This document shows, in pieces, positions 56,640 to 64,000 of a stretch of 64,000 nucleotides of DNA (positions are counted from its first letter, which is position 1; every line of letters begins with the position of its first letter). The notes beneath the pieces are model-generated. The model was not told the origin of the DNA. It ran no database searches and saw only the letters and a program-made list of their open reading frames with translations. The stretch is from a virus (Duplodnaviria > Heunggongvirae > Uroviricota > Caudoviricetes). A program made the translations under genes and the position numbers. The stretch covers positions 45,091 through 109,090 of the IMG/VR virus record IMGVR_UViG_3300022697_000186. The stretch is one strand, 5' to 3'.

Positions 56640-57058
56640 TGTCAGATTCAAATTGGATAATATCACATTTTGCTGATTCTGGTGTACCAAAAACGGGTCT
56701 CTCTCCTATTATAACAATTATTGATTTAGCTACAGATAGTGTAGTAGTTAATGGAGCATCAATGAGTGAAGTTGCTAATGGTACATATAAATATAACTTT
56801 ATAACATTAGATCCCAAGAATGATTATTCAATAAGTGTGGATGGAGGAAATTTATTATCAGATGTAGATAGATATCAAGCTTCTACAAATGAAAGTTATA
56901 ACGGTGATATTAGAAAACATCTCACCAACAAGCAAACAATAACTAAAATTGATGATAATAATTCAACACATATTGTATTTGCAGATGATGGTATAAGTGC
57001 AGATTCATCTTATGCTTATTCTAAATCTGGAAATACTGAAACTAGGAACCCTATATGA
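56639..57058 (+). CDS. hypothetical structural protein
   Basis: ORF track. Confidence 0.5.
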   Translation: MSDSNWIISHFADSGVPKTGLSPIITIIDLATDSVVVNGASMSEVANGTYKYNFITLDPKNDYSISVDGGNLLSDVDRYQASTNESYNGDIRKHLTNKQTITKIDDNNSTHIVFADDGISADSSYAYSKSGNTETRNPI

Positions 57059-57786
57059 TGAAATATGTAAGTGAAGAATATATAGAAGAAAGTTTATTAG
57101 AAGATTTTGGTGGAATAGTTTTTGTTGTTGTATCCTATATATTATTTATGTTTACTATACTAATAATAGGTAAAATAGGAGTAGCTAGAGGTAACTCTTT
57201 ATTTAAAGAATTAAAAGATGATTTAATAAAAATAGTTAAACCTAAACTTAAATCTTTAACTTCTAAATTAATACCTATTGGTCGTAGTCTTTATAAGATA
57301 ATATCTAAAAATAAAGATCTAATTATATATTATGAATATATTAATAAAATTGTTGGTAATAAGAAAAAAGTACATAGGAGTGGAAAATTAAAGGATTTAA
57401 TTGATATTAAAATATATGATAAATCTATATTGGGGTTTATGAAAAACCGTTTATGGAGAGGTGGATGGTTTGGAACAAAAAGAAGTTTGTTTAAAAGAGG
57501 CAAATTTGCTTCAAATTTTAGAATAGATTTTTTTAATGATGGTAATAATTCTCCTTATTTTGTAGATTCACTAAATAGTAAAGATGATTTAGATTATAAT
57601 TATATGAGTAATGTATTTTCAGATATAAATATTGATTTTGATTCTAATAGAGGACAACAATTAATAGAATCATTAATTAAAATTAATCCAATTGTTGTTT
57701 CTGCTAACAAAAAAATCTCAAATTACTTTAAATATTTTGTTGAAGAAGTAACTAATGAAATGAAAATATTAATAGAAGAAAAATAA
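57055..57786 (+). CDS. membrane-anchored hypothetical protein
   Basis: ORF track; TM helix near N-terminus. Confidence 0.5.
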   Translation: MMKYVSEEYIEESLLEDFGGIVFVVVSYILFMFTILIIGKIGVARGNSLFKELKDDLIKIVKPKLKSLTSKLIPIGRSLYKIISKNKDLIIYYEYINKIVGNKKKVHRSGKLKDLIDIKIYDKSILGFMKNRLWRGGWFGTKRSLFKRGKFASNFRIDFFNDGNNSPYFVDSLNSKDDLDYNYMSNVFSDINIDFDSNRGQQLIESLIKINPIVVSANKKISNYFKYFVEEVTNEMKILIEEK

Positions 57787-58053
57787 ATGGCTATAGAAAA
57801 TACAGCAATATTTAGTAATGGAATTTTTCCTAGTTTTCCGTTACCTGTTACAAAGATAGTTGGCGGTGGACCAGGTGCTAGTAGTATTATACGTAGGAAA
57901 GAAAAAGGTGTATGTGTAATGCCTAAGTTTAAATTTTTTAAATTAGATAATGAAGAAGTACTTGAAGCAACAGCTAATATCAAGAATGTTACATTAGAAA
58001 ATGGAGATAACATAAATGTTACTATTGGACGCATCAAAACCGAAGACTCTTAG
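57787..58053 (+). CDS. hypothetical small protein
   Basis: ORF track. Confidence 0.45.
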   Translation: MAIENTAIFSNGIFPSFPLPVTKIVGGGPGASSIIRRKEKGVCVMPKFKFFKLDNEEVLEATANIKNVTLENGDNINVTIGRIKTEDS

Positions 58054-58846
58054 TTTAGACTTTGAAGTTGAAGGTTTAAAAAAGGAAGACCTAAAAATAC
58101 TATTGCGTGTTGAAATCGCAGGAGTAGAATATGGTTTTCCAGGTGAGTTTACTAAAAGTGGTAAAGTTAAAATATCTATACCTCCAATTTCAGAAGTATG
58201 TTCTGGTTCATATAACATGGATGATAAATATCCAGCAAGAATTGATGTCACTGGTAGTGGGTTTTATTTAAATCCTTGGTCTGATGAGGTTTCTATTAAA
58301 TCTTCACCTAAAATAGAAATGACAATTAAAGAAGATACTGGGACAGATGATGGTTTACCTAAAGCTAAAATTAGTTCAATTAAAGAAAGTGATTTAATTG
58401 AGGAAGAGCCTGAAGTTGAAGAAATTGTAAAAGAAGAAAAAATAATTAAACAAAAAATCAAAGAAGAAGTAATTGAAGAAGATACAGATGATGATCTACT
58501 TTCTGATGATTCATTAAAACTAATTGAAGAAGTAGAAGGTCTAATTGAAAAACGTCCAATAAAAAGGAAAGCTAGACCAATAAGATCTGAAAATTCAATA
58601 ACTTCAAAATATTTTGATGAATTAAAAATATATGCACTTGATAATAAATCTATATTAGAACATAACAAAATAGCTTTAAAATCTGCTCATAGAAGAATAC
58701 ATCAATTATATATTACATCTACTGAAAGAGGTAATATAGGATTCTCTAAGGCACTTAAAAAGGCTCATAAACTGATAGTACAAGAAATGACTAATAAAGG
58801 AGTTAAACATAAGAAAGTCTTAATAGAAAACATTTCTAAAATGTAA
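58016..58846 (+). CDS. protein with highly acidic Glu/Asp-rich central region (prohead core/scaffold-like candidate)
   Basis: ORF track; SD GGAGA 8 nt upstream. Confidence 0.5.
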   Translation: MLLLDASKPKTLSLDFEVEGLKKEDLKILLRVEIAGVEYGFPGEFTKSGKVKISIPPISEVCSGSYNMDDKYPARIDVTGSGFYLNPWSDEVSIKSSPKIEMTIKEDTGTDDGLPKAKISSIKESDLIEEEPEVEEIVKEEKIIKQKIKEEVIEEDTDDDLLSDDSLKLIEEVEGLIEKRPIKRKARPIRSENSITSKYFDELKIYALDNKSILEHNKIALKSAHRRIHQLYITSTERGNIGFSKALKKAHKLIVQEMTNKGVKHKKVLIENISKM

Positions 58847-58932
58847 GGGGTTGTAAAGTTGTTTATTACCAAAGTTCTTTAAATACAAAGGACCCTTTAC
58901 ATGTCACTTTTTTTATATACATGGAGTAATAA

Positions 58933-59838
58933 ATGGCTTATAAATATTTCCCTCAGCTAGATTTTTATTTTTCTACCTACTGGCAATTCAATAGAGAAAT
59001 AACTATTCATGATAATATTTTAGATCCTGAATCAATAGCAAATATTGATATTAAACGAGGTTCATTTGTAGAAATGTTATTTTCTAATACATATGAATTA
59101 AGTTATTATCATACATTATTTGAAACTGTTGGTATAGGTACATTAACTAAAAGTATTAGTGAAAGATTACATACAATTAGTTCAACTATAACATGTTATG
59201 TATCTGATTCTACGAGCGGTATAGATGTATTTTCTTTAGCTCCTGAGGACAATATAATGTTAGATCTTTTATTAGAATACAGACAAACTATTACACCTGA
59301 TTTAAATACAGTAACATATTCTTCTTTGACAACTAATTTATCTAAGTTAATATATAAATATTTAGATTTAGTGGTTAACTTAAATTTTGATACTTTAAAT
59401 AATAAAGTATTAGATAGTAGTTCAACAAGTATTTTAGAAAATTTATATGAAGTGTATGTTACAAATGAAACACATAGAATTATTAGAAATTGGTCTTTCA
59501 TGGTTGATGCAGGTATAGTAGAACTTAGACCAGTAAGAGATAAATTTGAAGTAACTACTGCTATAGAAACAGCAGAGAAAGTAACAACATCAGGCGATCC
59601 ATATGACTTCGATGTTTATATGTATAAAAATGGAGACCCACTAATTCCAATTACAGATTATACAATAACACAAGACTCAACAGGTACAATTGATGTTAGT
59701 TGGTCTACAACTCCTACAACAATAGTCGTTGGTGATTGGGTAGTGTTAGATTATTATGTGCGAGTAATACAATCTGATACAGGTACAACTCCAATGGATG
59801 GTCAAAATGAAATCACATCAAATTTGAGTTGGATTTAA
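58933..59838 (+). CDS. hypothetical structural protein
   Basis: ORF track. Confidence 0.5.
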   Translation: MAYKYFPQLDFYFSTYWQFNREITIHDNILDPESIANIDIKRGSFVEMLFSNTYELSYYHTLFETVGIGTLTKSISERLHTISSTITCYVSDSTSGIDVFSLAPEDNIMLDLLLEYRQTITPDLNTVTYSSLTTNLSKLIYKYLDLVVNLNFDTLNNKVLDSSSTSILENLYEVYVTNETHRIIRNWSFMVDAGIVELRPVRDKFEVTTAIETAEKVTTSGDPYDFDVYMYKNGDPLIPITDYTITQDSTGTIDVSWSTTPTTIVVGDWVVLDYYVRVIQSDTGTTPMDGQNEITSNLSWI

Positions 59839-59841
59839 TTC

Positions 59842-61347
59842 ATGTCTGAAAATGAAACATTTAAAGTCTTTCAAAAAATATATGATTGGTTAAAATCAGA
59901 AGGTACTATAAGTACTGACCTTGATTATAAATTTGCACAAACTGCATTATCTGAAAAACAAAAAGTTACAGCATTCTTTGAAGCTATAATAGATCAACCT
60001 GCTTTTCTAACTGAAGATCATAAAAGAATAAGAGAATTTTTAATTAACTGGTATGCCACACATAGATCCCAAGTTACTAAAACTAGGCAGGTTACTGATG
60101 CATTTAACTTAGATACTGAATCACTTAATGAAGTTATTAAGGGAATGGGATTTCCTTTTCCAGATAGAATTGGTACGAACGAAACAAAGGCTCAATTTTT
60201 ATTAGATTTAGTTTCGTTATACCAGAAAAAAGGAACACCAGAAGTATTAGTTAAATCATTACAAACATATTTTGGTTTAACAGATGTTGTTCTATCCGAA
60301 TGGTGGGTACATAAACAGACTGATGATTTAATTGTAGCTAAATCTAGACCAGTATATCCTACTACTAAAAAAGGTCAAAGAGAATTATATATAACTTCTG
60401 ATATAGATATTTTTACATCTACAGATCCATTATGGAAAATGTCAGGAGCAGAAATATTAGAATTATATCAAATTAATAAAATATCATTACCATCAATTAC
60501 ACCATATGTTTCTTTACAAGCTGGTGTAAATGTATCTAGTTTAAATGCTTTCTTCTCTGTAATAACAAAAAGAATGAATGAAGATTATGATTACTGGGTA
60601 GCTAATGGGACTTTAGTAAAGGATATAACCCTTACAAAATTTGAAGGACAATTTTCATTTTTAGAAGTGTCTTTAGCAATACATTATCTATTTGGTAATG
60701 ACAATTTTTCTACAGATAAAAATTTCTTACAATATACAGGACAATATGCTCCAATAGATCCTGATGGTACTGGTAATAATAATATTGATGTAAATTTAAT
60801 TATAGATGAATGGAATAATTTAACTACAAGACAAACGACTAAATTAGAAAGAGAAACAAATTTAGCTTCAAGAAATTCATCCTTTACAAATACTACTACT
60901 AATTCATCAATCTTCATTAATATATTAAAGAATCCTGATATATATTTGGATTTAATTAATCCTATATTTAAAGCAGAAATAGATGAAGTTACAGGTAATC
61001 TTGATCCAGAAAAAGTACCCACAGTATTAGAGAGTATTATTTTAGATTATGAATTTTATTTAAAGGAATCAATGCCTTTACTTAACAATGCTTTGAGTTT
61101 TATGATGGTTGGTTCACCTACATGGGACGGTCTAGATGATGTTATGGAAGTATTAAAACCATATAGAGTTAGACTTAAAGAATTTTTAATATCATTTGTT
61201 TGGAACGATCCTCTAGCAGATAGTCAACTGGAAGCTGATGAATTTTCAATGGCTCAAACTGTTTTATTTGTAGATAAACATCCAACTCATCCATTTGATA
61301 CTGGTATTGTATATGATAGTTTTAGTGTAGAAATAATAAATTTATAA
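59842..61347 (+). CDS. hypothetical structural protein (501 aa)
   Basis: ORF track. Confidence 0.55.
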   Translation: MSENETFKVFQKIYDWLKSEGTISTDLDYKFAQTALSEKQKVTAFFEAIIDQPAFLTEDHKRIREFLINWYATHRSQVTKTRQVTDAFNLDTESLNEVIKGMGFPFPDRIGTNETKAQFLLDLVSLYQKKGTPEVLVKSLQTYFGLTDVVLSEWWVHKQTDDLIVAKSRPVYPTTKKGQRELYITSDIDIFTSTDPLWKMSGAEILELYQINKISLPSITPYVSLQAGVNVSSLNAFFSVITKRMNEDYDYWVANGTLVKDITLTKFEGQFSFLEVSLAIHYLFGNDNFSTDKNFLQYTGQYAPIDPDGTGNNNIDVNLIIDEWNNLTTRQTTKLERETNLASRNSSFTNTTTNSSIFINILKNPDIYLDLINPIFKAEIDEVTGNLDPEKVPTVLESIILDYEFYLKESMPLLNNALSFMMVGSPTWDGLDDVMEVLKPYRVRLKEFLISFVWNDPLADSQLEADEFSMAQTVLFVDKHPTHPFDTGIVYDSFSVEIINL

Positions 61348-61384
61348 AAAATTAATTTAAAAATAGTTCAAGGAGATTATTTGA

Positions 61385-62179
61385 ATGAAAAAAGTACAGA
61401 AGATTAATGTAGGTATTACAGATAATCAAAAGAAAAATATTAAAGATAAAGTTTTATCATCTACACCAATTAATGATAAAACCAAATTCCAACCTAAAGG
61501 TCGTGTAAGAGTTTATGAGAAAAAAGTAGATTCAGATGGAAAAAAGAAATTATTCTTGATTGAGGATACTAGTAATTTAATTGTATATAGAGGAAGACAT
61601 TGGTTACTACAAAGAGCTTTCAATCAAAATTTAACTACAACTACTGGTGATAGATCTGGGTGGTCTGACAAATGGATAAATTGGTTTGGGGTTGGTATTG
61701 GAGGTTCTACAGCTAACCCATTGGTACCTGCATCTCCTATATTAACAGATTGTGAATTAAATACTCATGGTACAATGGATACTGGTACTAGCAGAGTTGT
61801 TATTCCTGGTGGAAATGAATTTCATAGTTTTGATACTAATTATCCTAGATTTATATTTGATACAGATATAACTAATTCTGAATTATGTACTGGTTGCACT
61901 GCTCTTGATGCAGAGAATGGCACAGGTCCATTTAATTGTGATGGTTTTTTAATTGGATTAACAAAGATTACATTACTTTCTGCTGAAGCTAATGGTGGAA
62001 CAATTCCTGGTAATTCTCAAGATATTAATGAAGCAGGATTATTTGTTAGTGAAAGTGATTTGACAACATATTCTAGTTTTACAAGTACATCAATGCAAAC
62101 ATTTGCAAGAGTAACATTCTCTACTATACGTAAAGATGATTCTAGAGAACTAATTTTTTCATGGTATATTTATTTTTAA
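61385..62179 (+). CDS. hypothetical structural protein
   Basis: ORF track. Confidence 0.5.
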   Translation: MKKVQKINVGITDNQKKNIKDKVLSSTPINDKTKFQPKGRVRVYEKKVDSDGKKKLFLIEDTSNLIVYRGRHWLLQRAFNQNLTTTTGDRSGWSDKWINWFGVGIGGSTANPLVPASPILTDCELNTHGTMDTGTSRVVIPGGNEFHSFDTNYPRFIFDTDITNSELCTGCTALDAENGTGPFNCDGFLIGLTKITLLSAEANGGTIPGNSQDINEAGLFVSESDLTTYSSFTSTSMQTFARVTFSTIRKDDSRELIFSWYIYF

Positions 62180-62207
62180 ATTCAGCAAAAAAAAATAAAT
62201 TAGGATA

Positions 62208-62233
62208 GTAAGGGGGATTAATTTCCCCCTTAC
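62208..62233. terminator. 10-bp G/C-rich stem hairpin GTAAGGGGGA/TCCCCCTTAC, bidirectional
   Basis: direct reading between convergent genes. Confidence 0.7.
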
Positions 62234-62245
62234 TTCCACGTATAT

Positions 62246-62941
62246 TTATATTACATTACCAGAACCAAATTTAAATTGTTTTTCATTTCTATATAAACTT
62301 TTCATTAACCAACTATTATTCTTATTAGATATTGCACCCATTATATTTTTTTTGTTTAGTAAAGTTTCATGCTGTTTATTTGCATTAACTATATAAATGT
62401 TTTCATCTGATAATGTTGTAAGTAATTCTTCTATACTATATTTTATTTTAGGAACCAATGCTAATTTTAAATGACTAATAGCAATATTTCTATTATTGAA
62501 GTATCCTTCTTCTAAAAGTTCATTTACAATATGTTCTAATTCTATCATAAATATTTCTTGTAGATTATTAGATTCTAATATATTGTCTATATCTAGTGAT
62601 AAATTATTATCACTTAAATTAAAGAGTATATGATATAATTCATCTTCTCTTTGATTTTTTAATAAATTTAGTAATTCTTTAGATTGATATTTAGGTTCAT
62701 CTATTAATAATTCAATTCCCTCTTCAGATACTATACTAAAAGATGGTACTAATTTTATATTGTATCTTTTTGCATAATCTATTAAAGGAAAATGCTGATA
62801 AATAAACATATTATCATGATTAGATATACTAATCTTGCAGGTCTTATTCTCCTTTATTTGTTCATGATGTAGGTTAAATATTAGAGCTTTAGCTTTGTTA
62901 AAATCATTAATATGAATATGATAGTCTATATGTTCTGTCAT
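62246..62941 (-). CDS. possible PHP-domain metal-dependent phosphoesterase
   Basis: N-terminal DYHIHIN resembles PHP motif I (DxHxH); otherwise weak. Confidence 0.3.
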   Translation of the reverse strand: MTEHIDYHIHINDFNKAKALIFNLHHEQIKENKTCKISISNHDNMFIYQHFPLIDYAKRYNIKLVPSFSIVSEEGIELLIDEPKYQSKELLNLLKNQREDELYHILFNLSDNNLSLDIDNILESNNLQEIFMIELEHIVNELLEEGYFNNRNIAISHLKLALVPKIKYSIEELLTTLSDENIYIVNANKQHETLLNKKNIMGAISNKNNSWLMKSLYRNEKQFKFGSGNVI

Positions 62942-63031
62942 ATGTAGTTTACCTCTAAAAAGAATTTTATGTTAATACGTTAAGTTATTGTTTTTAAATG
63001 TTTTATCTCGATTTTTTTAAATCTCCTCTAC

Positions 63032-63048
63032 TAGGACAAATTATAAAT
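63032..63048 (+). promoter_or_regulatory. late promoter motif TAGGACAAATTATAAATA
   Basis: motif copy. Confidence 0.5.
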
Positions 63049-63153
63049 AGGAATATAGGGTTGTGTAAATTTAAGTAATGGAGGTTTGTTATAGTTGATT
63101 CAAATCATCAACAATTTAAAGATTCTTTATTATTATCAATTAATAAGGACTTA

Positions 63154-64000
63154 TTGGATAAATATAAAGAAGGTTTAAATATTAATCCAAAAAAATTTGT
63201 TAAAAGGGTTTTAAGTTTAAAGAACCATAATGGTGAAAAATATTTTAGTTTGATTCAGAGTAGAACCAAATTTTTAATGAAAAATTCAACTTTTGGATCT
63301 AGATTATATTGTGTTATCAATAAAATAAAAACAGTTCCTAAGTGTCCAGTTTGTAATAAACCTAATAATTTTATTGATTGGAAACGTGGATATGCAAATC
63401 ATTGTTCAAAAGGATGTACTAGAAAAGATCCTAAAGTTAAAGAAAAAGATAAACAAACATGTTTAAAAAAGTATGGTGTGGAATACACTGGACAAGCTGA
63501 AAGAACTAAGAATAAACGAGAAGATACACTTCTTAAAAGATATGGAGTTGAGAATCCTAGTCAAATGGTTGATTTTGCAGAAAAATCTAAAAAGACATTT
63601 CTAAAGAATTATGGTGTAGATCATCCATCTAAATCTAAAGAAATTAGGGAAAAAACTGAAAAGACTAATCTAAAAAGATATGGTGTAGATCATCCATCTA
63701 AATCTAAAGAAATTAGGGAAAAAACTGAAAAGACGTCTTTAGCTAAATATGGTAATAAATGTAGTCTACAAAATAAAGATGTTAGAAAAAAGTGTCAGAA
63801 TATTAGAAGAATTAAATTCGTAAGTAAATTATTAAATTCCAACAGATTAGGAGAATTAGTCAAACCAAATTTCGACTTAAATGAATTCAAAACTGTTTTT
63901 AATAATTATTCTTGGAAATGTGTTAAGTGTGAAACTGAATTCGAAGATAATTTAGACAATGGTAAAACACCTAGATGTCCTACTTGTTATCCTATGCTAA
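63154..64000 (+). CDS. third homing-endonuclease-like paralog (N-terminal Cys region + KYGV...P(S)... repeats), 3'-partial; start uncertain (TTG 63154 after AAGGA)
   Basis: repeats KKYGVEYTGQ / KRYGVENPSQ / KNYGVDHPSKSKEIREKTEKT x2 as in 39079/40778 genes; runs off window. Confidence 0.45.
   Translation, partial: MDKYKEGLNINPKKFVKRVLSLKNHNGEKYFSLIQSRTKFLMKNSTFGSRLYCVINKIKTVPKCPVCNKPNNFIDWKRGYANHCSKGCTRKDPKVKEKDKQTCLKKYGVEYTGQAERTKNKREDTLLKRYGVENPSQMVDFAEKSKKTFLKNYGVDHPSKSKEIREKTEKTNLKRYGVDHPSKSKEIREKTEKTSLAKYGNKCSLQNKDVRKKCQNIRRIKFVSKLLNSNRLGELVKPNFDLNEFKTVFNNYSWKCVKCETEFEDNLDNGKTPRCPTCYPML

Overview
This AT-rich 64 kb window looks like a large, lytic T4-like myovirus. The evidence is a gp23-like major capsid protein, a gp5.4-like PAAR spike tip, T4-style TATAAAT late promoters, and several free-standing homing endonuclease genes. 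Ribosome-binding sites are GGAGG/AAGGAG (Shine-Dalgarno, SD), which points to a bacteriophage.

Layout:
- 1-10121, + strand: a tightly packed early block of about 35 small genes. Many belong to paralog families starting MRLQV... or MILK..., and many are CxxC zinc-ribbon mini-proteins.
- Around 10130-10440: a convergent terminator zone.
- 10445-36362, - strand: a middle/metabolic block. It contains an RmlC epimerase, dCMP deaminase, a metallophosphoesterase, a classic-clade AAA+ ATPase, an SPFH/flotillin-like protein, a putative BrnT-like toxin pair, and many membrane or small proteins.
- From about 34800 to the end, mostly + strand: a late/structural block. It is driven by eight copies of an extended late promoter motif, TTAGGACAAACTATAAAT, and punctuated by strong hairpin terminators.

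The late block encodes the gp23-like capsid protein, a PAAR protein, a nucleoside 2-deoxyribosyltransferase/DNPH1-like protein, a putative sulfotransferase, large Thr/Gly-rich fibre-like proteins that share a duplicated LamG-like/C-terminal module, and three paralogous Vsr/DUF559-type homing endonuclease genes.

The most unusual locus is 16744-19433. A protein with only an IS110-type Transposase_20-like C-terminal domain is followed by a roughly 510 bp array of about 14 bipartite 37-38 bp repeats. Next comes a protein that fuses a Trm1-like amino-methyltransferase motif to two C-terminal helix-turn-helix (HTH) modules. It has a paralog at 5584-6249.

Other unusual features:
- A textbook -1 frameshift heptamer (U UUA AAA, followed by a stop) leading into a Gly/Asn/Tyr trinucleotide-repeat ORF.
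- An in-frame TGA separating a 333-codon ORF from an 89-codon start-less extension.
- Several iteron-like tandem repeat arrays.
- A GC-rich island with no ORF.

No tRNA, rRNA or CRISPR array was detected.
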